This document shows, one piece after another, positions 39,564-53,041 of a stretch of 64,000 nt of DNA (position 1 is its first letter; each line of letters opens with the position of its first letter). The notes beneath the pieces are model-generated. The model saw only the letters and a program-made list of their open reading frames with translations, was not told the origin of the DNA and searched no databases. This DNA is from Diadema antillarum (lineage: Eukaryota). The translations under genes and the position numbers were made by a program. The stretch spans positions 62,001 to 126,000 of the forward strand of contig NW_027271832.1 in the NCBI RefSeq assembly GCF_040938485.1, read 5' to 3'.

Positions 39564-39729
39564 ACAAATATACCAGGCCTGAGAGGCTCTGGTTGAAACT
39601 ATGCGCATGAGGTGACTTCAGTAGCACTATTTTCTGAGGGGCGCAGCCCCGAAGAAAATAGTGCTACTGAAGTCACCGAAGGCACATAGTTTCAACCGGT
39701 GCCTCGAAAAATTGGCCTGGTATATTTGT
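39564..39729. repeat. 166-bp imperfect palindrome with a GCGCAGC apex
   Basis: Arms include GGTGACTTCAGTAGCACTATTTTCT / AGAAAATAGTGCTACTGAAGTCACC. Confidence 0.85.
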
Positions 39730-41122
39730 TTTATATCCCTCCCAATGAATTTAAGAGTATTCGACTGCTGGTATTCTGTAATTTACCTCTTTTTTAAGGG
39801 CATCTTGCTTTACTTTTCAAGAAGATTGACTAGTCATTCACGCTCGGGAAAGCAGCTCAGCAGGAGGGCAGCGCGTACGCGTACTATGAAGAGACAACTG
39901 CGCGCTCAGCCGCTGAAGTGTACTCGGTGCATTGCTGTACAACGTACTGGTAAACATGTGCAAACTGCAAACTCACTACGCGCTTCATACATGCAATACG
40001 CCTATCCGATCTGTCAACAAGTACGTTCGGTTGCCAGGGCGGTGATGTGCGTGCTCGAGCTGATCAACGATGTGACTGTGAGCTGCAGTTGATTGTGTTT
40101 TCTGTCGTCTTTCTACCTAGCTGTCATGTCTGTACATGAATATGGACTATCATTTCCTGTTAAAATGCAAGTATACTTTGTAAATTTGGGTAGCATTCAG
40201 TAACAGCGTATAAGGTTAGAATAGGCACTGGAAAAATTCTAGCAATTAAAGCATCGAGTGCCACTGTAAATTCGTGTGATTCGTACGGTGTTCTAACGTA
40301 AACAGTGAACAAGTTAGACTCTAACTTACTCGTTAGACACTCTAAAAAATAATTATTAGGAATGAGATTACGGGAAATAGGGCCTACTGTTAGACAGGTA
40401 GAACTAACGTATAGGCTTAACTAGCGCTAACGTTAGAGCAGGCCTACTATCTACTGCAGTTTCGTTTGTCAACATCTTTTGGGTTGGTCGCTCGAATTTA
40501 ATAGTGAACTGGGGGACCAACTTTCAAACGGCGAAGCATGAACTCCCCAAAAACCTACGGTACGTCGAAGAACCCTAGCTTGCTTATTGTTGTCTAATTA
40601 TAGATCTACGATATCGCCTACTCTGTTGTAACGTAGAATGAGGGCTTTATAAGAGTCTGAGTCTGAGTCTCGTAACCCGTGTCGCATTGAGTGTATGCGT
40701 GCCTTGTGGTTCTCGCGAAGTGCAGTGATCTAAGGCGCCCCGATACCCATTCATTTGTACATGAAATCTCTCGCGAAGCGAAGGTGCTGCGATACCCATT
40801 CATTTACACGTGAAATATTTCGCGTCGCGACGCGAAGCAAAAAAGGCGCGAAAATCACCAGCGTGGTATAGTTTTTACCATTTCCCTAGGGAGTATAGTC
40901 TTTTTCGCGCACTTGTATGGTAGAATTATGTTTTGTTGTTTACAGTGCTCTCGACCAATCAGAGGACGAGATGCATTTTGTGAGGGATATAATAAAAACT
41001 TATGCATGGCTGGCCATGCATCCAGTAAAAACGGTAAGTACGGGTAGCGTTTTTTTTAAAGACGGCACAGATTGGGGCATGGCGCGTGTTAAACCTATGG
41101 GAAAAACGTTGGGTTAGGGTTT

Positions 41123-41250
41123 NNNNNNNNNNNNNNNNNNNNNNNNNNNNNNNNNNNNNNNNNNNNNNNNNNNNNNNNNNNNNNNNNNNNNNNNNNNNNN
41201 NNNNNNNNNNNNNNNNNNNNNNNNNNNNNNNNNNNNNNNNNNNNNNNNNN
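41123..41250. other. Assembly gap (128 N)
   Basis: Run of N. Confidence 1.
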
Positions 41251-41411
41251 AGATTTTTAGTTTCCCCAATCTGTGCCGTCTAAAAAAAACACGCGTACGG
41301 GTATGCATGCCCTTTACGGAAAGCCAAAACGAAATGCATCCAGTAATTTTGTCATCGGGTAACACGATAGAAAACTGGGTTTTTGACAAGAAAATTACCC
41401 ATTCTATAAAT

Positions 41412-41577
41412 CAAATGACGCACATGTCTTTTCGTGCGTCAGTCGGAATATAGTGTGCATGCGGTAACTATGGAATTTAGCCTAAACCCACTCGGCTTCG
41501 CCTCGTGGGTTAAGCATTCCATAGTTACCTTATGCACACAATTCCCGACTGACGCACTCAGACCTGTGCGTCATTTG
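41412..41577. repeat. 166-bp imperfect palindrome with a GCGAAGC apex (minus)
   Basis: Arms include GTGCGTCAGTCGG..GGTAACTATGGAAT / ATTCCATAGTTACC..CCGACTGACGCAC. Confidence 0.85.
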
Positions 41578-42526
41578 TATACTGTCGGACTGTAGGTGTA
41601 GACAAATTCCGCATCGCCCAAACTATTTTCCATTACGACGTTATGCACCTTTTTCCCTTTCGCTCTACAATAACGTAGCACCAAGACGCAGCATGAAATT
41701 TGTGCACGCTTTGATGCAGATGTTTGTGCTTTAATTCATACATGACTTATGTTCCTGCAAAACGTATTTGTCAGTGCAGTCCTCTTCAATCAGTAATCAC
41801 AGCTCGGGGTAACATGATTTCTGGCCTAGATGTAGTACTGTCAAATCTGGTAAAAAGACACAAGAAGCATAAACAGTGACATTGCAATACGTAAAATTAC
41901 TGACAGATGACATACTAGTAGCCCTCTACAAAAATTGATGAATAGATTTTTTAAAAATCACCCAATCACCAAATCCACCCCACCCCAAGTCGCTCAAATT
42001 TCAATGCTGGAATGCAAAATGTACAAAGCAAATGAGAAATAATGTACGTGTACACACAAAGAACAAACATAATTGGTAATGATGTGAGTTTCATCATCTG
42101 TGAAAGACATCAAATCAATACGGAGCATCAGTGTCATCGAAGCTATCGATAGTCACTATAAAAATGTATATATGTATGCATGCATGCATATGTCCGTACA
42201 TACATGCATACATACATACATACATACATACATACCGACAGACAGACACACTGTATTTGCTCTCATGTAAGCTCGGAACGATTTGCAGATTGGTTACAGA
42301 GGATTTAGATGCAATTAGAAACACGACAAAAATCATTTGTTATACACTGCGAGACGACTAACTCGTCATGTCTTAACATCAACATCCAACACCTCAAATC
42401 GAGTACCGGTATAGATCAATACCTCCACATTTCAGTGCATCATGCACTGGGATGAAATATGATAATTAAAGGGTCACATCCAGTTCTTTTAACCCGGTGG
42501 ATTCTGGAGAACTGTAGCTGTCCATG

Positions 42527-45500
42527 CTACGGTAGAATGGGGTCGGCGAACGCACACTGTGATTCGATGCCCAGGTTGTAATTATTGCCTTGTCCTCCTT
42601 TGTATTCGCTGGTCACGATCCTGAACCAGCCCCCTTCACCCTGAACGACCCAAAACGAAACATGAAGAAATATTCAAAGAATAAATAAATATCTGCGTAA
42701 AATAACACTCACAGTAGGTCAAATAGGGGAAATATAGTTAAATGCATTTCACGTCATTTATGCAAGTTCAAGATAATTCATTCCTTTGTGATTTTCAAAA
42801 GTTTGCCGTGTTGGTAATGAGTTTTGTCAGTTACGGCATAAAGAAATCATCCTCGTCATTAAACCATCAAATATATTGAAACCTGGGTCATCAGTTAAAT
42901 AGGTCTGCTTCTCAACGAAATGACAATGATTGACTAAAGACATTCTCGTTATCATATTCTGCAAATGATGAAAAACAAATATACAACACGGAGAGACGAG
43001 TGAAAGGGGAAACAGAAGGCAAAGACAATGAGATTACCAACGAGTAAGAAATTTTAGCCCAAGTATGATTCCCCCCCCCCCCCATTATGATAGCAATTGC
43101 TAGAATAACAACTATCACCAGTAAACAAGGACGTGAATACTGATGCCTAATTTCTCTCGAAATTGGCAAAACGGGAGGGTTTACAGCGTCAAGTCGAAAT
43201 TTCATTTGGGCTTTGACGATTTATTAAGAAAGGATGACTGGTGTATTGGTTGAAGTTTTGTCTGTAGTATAATATCATCAGTCTGCAAACTAAAATTCTT
43301 GGGTCTGGGAAGGGTCAATATAGGCTATGTAGGGCTAAATAAAGGATAGATATGTATGATTGCGTATAGAGATCTGTAGGGAGCTGTTTGTGTTCAATCG
43401 TAACTTTCACTGAGATTAGTAGTTGTGATAAGAGATGTGTTTTGTGTTGTCATGTTTATTGTACAGATGTCAATGGAATCAAAATTTCTATGTCACATCA
43501 CAGACCAATAAAAGATGAATCTGAGATGAATTACCAGCACCAATGAAAAAAGATTCATTCTTATCTTGTCTATCTTGTCTACAAGACAAGTACTATTACA
43601 TGACGATGTATTTTCACCGTTGGCTTACCCATGGCGTTCCCCAAGAGTTCCTCACTACCCAGAATTCCACACCGGAACTGTCCACACCCCAGCCAACTAC
43701 AGACACAATGTGGTTTATCTGTGCGTACAAACAGAAATGATAAATAGATTAAAGATAAGAAAACAAACAGATAATTATTATGAATCGCAACGAGCCGTAT
43801 TAGGTATATACCTCATGAGTCTTATATTCATTAACTCAGTTTGAAGGAGACCTCCGGATGATTTTCAGATTTTTATATTTGAACAACTATAAATTAGTTA
43901 TACTGAGGACAGAGTTTCAGAATGTATGATAATTGGGATGAAGAATAAGAATAATTTTCAAAATTTAGAACAAATTTGAATGAACAAGGATGATGACATG
44001 ACAGAGTCACCATAAGAATGCATAAGTTGGGGCTCAAGGAAGCAGAACAAAAGAAGAAGGCATGCACAGATTATACACAGGTGAACTTGCAAGCAAACGG
44101 TATTGTAATGGAATTACACTGCTACATTTCTGAAATATGTGAACCTTCTATGTTATCATACTTGTTTAGTGTAATTTTTGTAAGGTTTTTCAAAGTATTG
44201 TTTCTCTGCTCAAGAACCACAATAAATTCCACAAATCAATACGTGGAGTTGTATACTTAGTATTTATGCACTACATGAATGTGCAATTATGAAAATCATC
44301 TGGAATGCTCCTTTAAATTTACTTTCATATTTTTTCAACAAAAAATAAACAATACATTGTGGTAACATAAAACGGGTACGTTCGTTATACCGAAGGTTCA
44401 TGAATGCAAAATGAAATAAATTTCGTTATTCAGAGGGTTTGTTCTTCTGAAACACACAAATTCACCATAGCTTTAGAGGTTCTTTAGTCAGAAAACGAAA
44501 AAGGGTCCGTTAATCCAAACATTTCCTAGCGTAATTCCAAATGTTTGATATTCGGAAGGTAATCCCAAAATAAAATACAGTTCATTATCCTAAAGGTTCG
44601 TTAATCCGAAATTAAAACAGGGTTAGTTATTCCAAAAATGAAAAGAAGTTGCGTATTATTTTATATAGCAAATTTGACAAGGGCATCTTGTCTTGTTGCC
44701 TCTCAACTTCCTATCAATTTTCACAAGAAAATATAAGACAATTTATTTTTACTGCGATCTATAAGGCAATTGACCCCCCTTTTATCTACAAATTTTACTA
44801 CAATTTTGTAAGCTAAGATTTTCTTTATTGACGGTACTGTATTCATTGGCAGCTTGACAAAACGTACAAAGTCCACAGAATAATTATTGTAGTAGTATTT
44901 TATTTAGAGAGCTTAAGTCAATTCAATTCAACTTCTGATGAGGTCGGAGGCCAATGACAAACCAATTACCATGATGACTGTATGGGCAGATCCAAGGGGC
45001 GGAACCTGATAAAGATTTGGATTTTATCATGTTTGTTCTTTTTCAGTTTTAAATGAAGGTCTACTTTTTAGCCCATGTACACAGGATGTTACAGGACATA
45101 TGCAGTTTCTATGCCATCATAGAAACTCATTCTCAGTATACTTACAATACGCATGATATACAAACACTTTTATTGCTAGGTATTCTTTAATTCGATTTTC
45201 TTTATTAACGTTAAAATCATATTCACATAAAAATGAATGCCCACATAAAGATGTGACAGCAGTCAAATCCCACTTACTAATGCCGCTTGATGACATACGC
45301 TAAGAACAACATTGTAGATAAGATTCATGTGAGAAGAGTTTGTGGAGGATTTTAAACTATCCAGTATATTAATAAATATTCTTTCGTGTTTAACCTCCAA
45401 AAATAAAAAGTAATCGGTTGGGACAACACACTAATATCAACAAATGTAAACAAAGGAATTAATTGAATAATCGATTATGTTCTTTTATTATTAAAACAAT

Positions 45501-46876
45501 AAAATATCAGATTCTCCAGTGGATTTTTAAACCTGAACTTGAAATTATATATGTTTGTAAACAATGACAAAAATTGAGTATGGTTGGGGCACCACCTATC
45601 GACAGGGCACCTTCCCATCGACACCCTGCGTATCATGGCTGTTTGCGTATAGAACAAAAAAGTACGCGCGGGATTAAGTGTCATTAGCTATAAAAACAAT
45701 AAAAACGAAGAAACGAAAATCAAACTCAAACAAACCAAGCTAAAAATTACACATCCGATCAGTAACGACGCATGGCTGTGAAATTCACGTGTATTACCTA
45801 TGGCCTGTGAAATTCACGTGTATACCTATGCTGTGAAATTCACGTGTATACCTATGGAGGAGAGGGGGTGTCGATCGCAAGGTTCCCTTTTTAGCTGCGC
45901 GAAGAAAACGGAACGCACGCACTAAAATTGCGCTATTTTAAAACGGAGATTCATAATCAACGAGACGGTCACGACATTCAAAACTGCAGTATTTATGGCA
46001 TATTTGAGGTAAGAATTAGGCGGATTTGTATTATATTTTTAGAATAAACAAGCTACAGATCCTTAGGGTGTCGATACGTGGTACCCCCAACCCTACTTAA
46101 TAATTGTATTAAGATTCAAAATAAATCTAATAAAAATAAGAGACCACGTTTTACACTCTCTGAGAACTTCAATATAAACTCATCTAATTAAAACCTTACA
46201 TAGATCACTTTACACTGTAGGAATGCTCTAATAATAACCACTAAAAATAAAACAATTGAATGTTAATCTTTTATAATTAAAAATATTATTAAATAGATCT
46301 ATATACGAACGGGTGGCCAGGAGAGATCAGGCTCTGATGAGAAATAAATGTCCTTGGAATAACTACGTTGCAGATAGGAGACAGTGCGCGGCGATAAACG
46401 GTAGCGATCCGGTAACGATGCAACAGGTAGCGATGCAACAGTTGAAATAGCGATAGTGATGTAACAGTTCCAAAGAAAACAAGATAGTGATGAGGGAGAG
46501 TTCAGAAATAGTCAGGAAACGATGAGATGAGATTAGATGAGATGAGATGATATCAGATGAGGTGAGGTGAGATGAGATGTTGCAGAAGAGATGAGATGAG
46601 ATGTTCGCAGAAGAGATGAGATGAAATGAGATGTTGCCAGACAGATCAAAGAAATCGCGCGATGATGAACAACAAAGTCCGAAATGAAAGTGTCTCTGAA
46701 GGAAAAACGGTGGCAAGCTCTCTCCGTAATAAGATCAAAGAAATCGCGTGATGATGAACAACAAAGTCCGAAATGTAAGTGTCTCTGAAGGAAAAAAAAA
46801 ACGGTGGCAAGCTCTCTCCACAATAAATAAAAATATCGGGAAATTATAGGATCATCTCCTGCCTTGAATATTGACC

Positions 46877-46907
<31 letters not shown>

Positions 46908-49900
46908 GAGTGTGTGTACATGAAACAAGATATCTATATCTTTCTTAAAAAATGTCCGCAAGACAATGCGTTAATAGAATCTCACGTCTTAGCAACGACA
47001 TAACAATACTAAAACTTGAGCGCGATGCGCTCAGACAACGCACAAAAAGGCACGCCTCAAATAGCGCAGCGCTCATTATTACTTAATAATAGAATGCGCA
47101 TAAAACTTAAATACAGGTACATACGTCATAATACCTGTGGCTAAATCACGGACAAAAATAAGAACATGCTACATTAGCCCCCTCCTAGTCATGACTTGCT
47201 GAAAAGCCAGGAATGACGAATTAAAAGAAATAGTAGCATGTGCTTAAATCTGAAAAAAAAAATTATCTTGCAAAAGAAACAAAACGCTTTGGGAAATGCA
47301 CATGTCGGCCAGATCGAGTGACCCGAACTGGAGATTTGGGAGGAGGTGGAGTGGGAGTTTTCCCTTTTTCCGTAGAGGTTGACGCAGGAGAAGCAGAGAC
47401 TTTAGTAGTCTCCCTAGGCTTCTGCTGGGACTTTTCCTTCGATCCCGAAGGATTCTCAATGAATGCCGGTTTTAGGCGGTCAACACTCACAGTAGCTCTT
47501 TTACCGAGCTGATCAATGACGAAGTATTTGGAAGTGCGATGCTTGACCTGGAAGGGACCGGCATAGGGTGGTTGAAGGGGTTTTTGTACATGGTCTTGAC
47601 GTACAAATACATGTATGTACATTCTTCCAAGGCTTTCGGGACAAAAAAGGTCTTGGTAGTTTGTCGGCGTGTGTCAGACGGCGACAGTGTGGTCATGTGA
47701 TGCCTGAGCCTATGTACATAGTCTGTGGCGTCCAGGGGTTCCTTTGTTGAACTTGGATTGACCATTTGTCCAGGTAGCCTGAGCGTGGTTCCGTAAACTA
47801 GCTCAGCTGGTGTTGACCCGACATCCTCCTTAACTGTGGCACGTATGCCCAGGAGAACGAGGGGAAGATACTCATTCCAGCGGTGAGGTTCAGGCTGAGC
47901 CTTGAGAGAGGCTTTGATCTGCCTGTGCAATCGTTCAACAAGTCCATTGGACTGCGGATGATACGCAGTAGTACGTACTGAGGTACTGCCTATCAGGTCG
48001 GACAATGTCTTGAACAACACAGATTCGAATTGTCGTCCGCGGTCGTGGGTAATGGATGAAGGCGTTCCAAAACGGGAGATCCATTCTCCAACGAGGACCT
48101 TGGCGACTGTTTCTGCAGAGATGTCCTTGAGGGGAAATGCTTCTGGCCAACGGGTGAATCGATCTACTACTGTCAGTAGGTAAGTAAAACCTTGCGAAGG
48201 AGGCAGGGGTCCAACTAGATCGATATGGATGTGGGCAAAGCGTGCATCAGGGGTAGCAAAAGTGCCAAGAGGTGCTCTGGTATGCCTGTGAACCTTTGCT
48301 CGTTGGCACTGAACGCATGTGCGCGCCCATGTGCGGACGTCTTTGTTGATCCAAGGCCAGACATAACGCGTGGCAATGAGCTTCTGTGTGGCGTTGATGC
48401 CTGGGTGGGATAGTCCGTGGATTGATTCAAAGACTGCCCGTCTATGTTGTTGAGGTATGTACGGACGTGGTTGTCCAGAAGTGACATCACACCAGATGTA
48501 ACCAGCTCCAGAGGACAGGGGAACTTTTTCCAATTGCAAGGATGAAGTGTCGTTCAGAAGCGACTGCAGTTCTGCGTCATCTTGTTGATCCTTTGCAATT
48601 TTGTCGAGATCGATGTCCTGGGAAGTATGCAGGGCCATGATCGGGATGCGTGAGAGAGCATCGGCAACCACATTGTCTTGACCTTTGATGTGCCGAATAT
48701 CGCTCGTGAATTGCGAGATAAAGTCCAAGTGACGAATCTCTCTGGGTGAGTGTCGATCAGGCTTTGAACGAAGGGCGTAAACCAGAGGTTTGTGATCCGT
48801 GTAGACCGTAAACTCGCGTCCTTCCAGAAAATGACGAAAGTGTTTGATCGACAAGTAGACAACAAGTAGTTCACGACCGAATGTGCTGTACCTAACCTCA
48901 GTGGGTTGGAGTCTCTTGGAGAAGAAGGCTAGTGGTCTCCACTGCCCATCGAAGTTCTGTTGGAGCACTGCCCCAACAGCGGCGTCAGAAGCATCGACCA
49001 TGATAGCGCTTGGTCGATCTGATGAAGGGTGTACTAACATCGTTGCATTAGCGAGTGCCTCTTTGACCTTGCTGAATGCAGAAGTACACTCCTGAGTCCA
49101 AGGCATTTGCTTGGAAGAGCGTCGAGGATGCTTGCGGAGTAAATCAGTCAGAGGTGCAAGGACGTCAGCACAATGCGGGACAAAACGTCGGTAGAAGTTG
49201 AACATACCAAGGAAGGTACGCAGCTGCTTCAACGAGGTAGGCTGAGGGAAGTCCTTGATTGCATTCACCTTCTCTGGCAGAGGGCGACAACCATGGCAGT
49301 CAAGATGATGGCCCAGGAAGTGAAGTTCAGGCTTGCCAAACTCGCATTTCTTAGGGTTTATGACCACACCATACTCTTGTAAGCGTGCAAAGAGTTGCCG
49401 CAAGTGTTCACGGTGCTGGTCTGGTGTCTCGCTAGCGATCAAGAGGTCGTCAATATATGCATAGACGAAAGGTAGATCCCTTGTGACACGGTCGATAAAC
49501 CTTTGAAAGGTTTGTGCTGCATTACGTAGGCCAAATGGCATCCGCTTGAAGTGGAAGAGTCCGAACGGAGTAGTGATGGCAGTTTTTGGTACATCTGCCG
49601 GATCAATCGGAATCTGGTGGTAAGCTCTGACCAGGTCGATCTTTGAAAAGATCCTTTTTCCGACCAAGTTAATTGCAAAGTCTTGCAAATGTGGTATTGG
49701 ATACCTGTCAGGCACTGTAACGCGATTCAAGGCACGGTAGTCTCCACAAGGGCGCCAGTCTCCTGACTTCTTTGGGACCATGTGCAGAGGGGAGGACCAT
49801 GAGCTATCAGACGGCTCAATAATGCCGAGATCCAGCATGTGCTGAAACTCATCCTTGGCTATTTTGAGTCGATCATCAGCTAGTCGACGAGGGCGAGCAA

Positions 49901-52900
49901 CGCATGGTGGGCCCTTGGTGACGATATGATGTGTCACGTCATGCTTGATGGGTACGTCCTTGTATAGCGGACGAGTGATGTCGGCGAATTCAGTCAGGAT
50001 CTCCTCGTATGGATTCGTCGGTTCAACCGGGCTCAACGTGAGATGAGTGCCAGGCGAGGTAACTGGACCTATAGCAGCAACAGTCAATTGTGTCGTTGAG
50101 TCCCTGAGTTGCCGTGCACGAACATCCACTGTCAGTCCAAAATGATGCAAGAAGTCAGCTCCTAGCAGTGGTGTGGTTACGTCAGCTACAACAAAGATCC
50201 ACCGAAAAGTTCGCCGAAGGCCTAGGTTGAGGGTGAGAGATCTTTGTCCATAAGTTCTGATAGTAGATTTATTCGCCGCCTGTAGAGTGTAATGAGAAAG
50301 GGATTTGCGATCCTTTTCAGAAGCAGGAAGTACACTCACAGTTGCTCCGGTATCCACTAGGAATCTCGTCTGTGAGGAATAGTCCTTGACATAGAACAGG
50401 CGGCAGGCGGTGTTCCCAGCTGGTATTGCCGCGTCTACTGGCTGGGATTCGCGTTTCCCGCCGGGGAAGATTTGTCGATCACTGGGAATTTACAAGGTTG
50501 ATTGCATCGCTTTGCTTGGGCGCCGAAGTGATAATGATACCAGCACAAGTCTCCGACTGACTTGCGGTCCTGGTTCTGACTGCGCTCTCGACTTGGGCTA
50601 CGATTACGCCCTGACTTTGCTCCTCGTGATGTTGAGCGTGAGCGTCCTTCTAGCTGAACCTGAAGTCTGTCAACTGCTGAAACTAATGCGTTTACCTTAG
50701 CTTCAAGGTTTACGTTGTTGCTGATGTTGACTGCCATAGGCTCCTCATGAGTCACAGGTGCCGTCGCGGCGACTTGAGGAATGTGCACGTCCATGATGCG
50801 GTCAGCTAGATTCGACAAAGCGTCAACAGAAACTGCGTCAACTGATGCCGCCAAGACAACTCGTACGTTCGGAGGTAAGCGTTGTAGGAAAAGCTCCTTG
50901 AAAATGCCTTCCTCGAGGTGACGTTCTCCTAGCAGTTGGCGCATTCGGCGTAGGAGCTGAGACGGCTTCTTGTCTCCTAACTCTTCATCACTGAGAAGGA
51001 GCTGTACTCTCCTCTGTTCTGATGCAGTTGTGCGTTTGATTAATTCAGCCTGAAGAGTGGCGTATGGCTTATCAACAGGGGGATTGATAATGAGGTCACG
51101 CACCTCCACTGCTATCTCCGGCTGGAGAGCCGAAACTATGTGGTGATACTTCGTCTGATCGCTAGTAATATTGCGGGTCGCAAACTGAGCCTCAGCTTGA
51201 CCGAACCAAACGATTGGATCAGCTGGCCAAAAAGGTGGCAGCTTAACTGATACATAGCTTACTGCAGGCTGTACGACTGCAGTCGTCTCATTGGTTTGTT
51301 GTGGCATAGCCATGACTAGAGGAGACTAGATATTACACAGATAATATACAGATAATGTACAGATGATATACAGTTGAACCTAGTTTACAATATTAGATAT
51401 GTGTGTCTTTCAACCGATCACGTCGGGGTCACCAATGTGGAGGATTTTAAACTATCCAGTATATTAATAAATATTCTTTCGTGTTTAACCTCCAAAAATA
51501 AAAAGTAATCGGTTGGGACAACACACTAATATCAACAAATGTAAACAAAGGAATTAATTGAATAATCGATTATGTTCTTTTATTATTAAAACAATAAAAT
51601 ATCAGATTCTCCAGTGGATTTTTAAACCTGAACTTGAAATTATATATGTTTGTAAACAATGACAAAAATTGAGTACTTAATAATTGTATTAAGATTCAAA
51701 ATAAATCTAATAAAAATAAGAGACCACGTTTTACACTCTCTGAGAACTTCAATATAAACTCATCTAATTAAAACCTTACATAGATCACTTTACACTGTAG
51801 GAATGCTCTAATAATAACCACTAAAAATAAAACAATTGAATGTTAATCTTTTATAATTAAAAATATTATTAAATAGATCTATATACGAACGGGTGGCCAG
51901 GAGAGATCAGGCTCTGATGAGAAATAAATGTCCTTGGAATAACTACGTTGCAGATAGGAGACAGTGCGCGGCGATAAACGGTAGCGATCCGGTAACGATG
52001 CAACAGGTAGCGATGCAACAGTTGAAATAGCGATAGTGATGTAACAGTTCCAAAGAAAACAAGATAGTGATGAGGGAGAGTTCAGAAATAGTCAGGAAAC
52101 GATGAGATGAGATTAGATGAGATGAGATGATATCAGATGAGGTGAGGTGAGATGAGATGTTGCAGAAGAGATGAGATGAGATGTTCGCAGAAGAGATGAG
52201 ATGAAATGAGATGAAATGAAAGTTTTAATGCAACAATAGTTTATAGTATATACACCAAAGTAGGCTGTATAATAATGATGGCTCGGTCACAGTAAGTTCA
52301 TATTAATGTATAGTTTGTTTGTTTTTCTTCTACTTCTTTTTCTTCTTCTTCTTTATTACATAAAATTTGGCAACCTTACATCATCATTCTGGTCTTCTAT
52401 CCGTTCTCCGTTTCTTTTTCACAAACACTGATTACTCGGGGCTTACAGCCAAACAAGCTAGCTTTCATGTAGGTCCCGTCATACTTCTCTTTGATCAACC
52501 CCATTTCGATTTCGATTTTGACCAGTTATCATTACATGTAATTACTGTGTTATCACCATGTATATTGTTTGTTTTCTGCACATTGTTCACAAGGTAAAAG
52601 AACTTGTCTGGTTCTGTTGTAATGTTCATAAATGAGAAGTATGAAAATAAAATGAATTGAAAAAAAAAAAAAGATGTTGCCAGACAGATCAAAGAAATCG
52701 CGCGATGATGAACAACAAAGTCCGAAATGAAAGTGTCTCTGAAGGAAAAACGGTGGCAAGCTCTCTCCGTAATAAGATCAAAGAAATCGCGTGATGATGA
52801 ACAACAAAGTCCGAAATGTAAGTGTCTCTGAAGGAAAAACGGTGGCAAGCTCTCTCCGTAATAAGATCAAAGAAATCGCGTGATGATGAACAACAAAGTC

Positions 52901-53006
52901 CGAAATGTAAGTGTCTCTGAAGGAAAAAAAACGGTGGCAAGCTCTCTCCACAATAAATAAAAATATCGGGAAATTATAGGATCATCTCCTGCCTTGAATA
53001 TTGACC

Positions 53007-53041
<35 letters not shown>

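Larger units (their letters stand above)
39374..41409. mobile_element. Unclassified element with 14-bp inverted termini, spanning the gap
   Basis: TTATAGAATGGGTA / TACCCATTCTATAA plus an internal inverted pair TGATTGGTCGAGAGC / GCTCTCGACCAATCA. Confidence 0.5.

Noticed and set aside
41111-41122. Telomere-like GGGTTAGGGTT before the gap
   Set aside because: Fewer than two full units, inside a dispersed repeat, with genes on both sides.
42430-42529. Stop-codon readthrough of CTSZ (TAG C followed by about 30 open codons)
   Set aside because: Weak context, and an extension of this length is expected by chance without conservation data.
46363-46961. 117-142 aa ORFs repeated at 52495-53210
   Set aside because: They arise from LTR (GATGA)n and 89-bp repeats and are not env-like or accessory genes.
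51417-51434. tRNA gene fragment
   Set aside because: Only the 3' 18 nt including CCA are present, next to the LTR, so it is the primer binding site.
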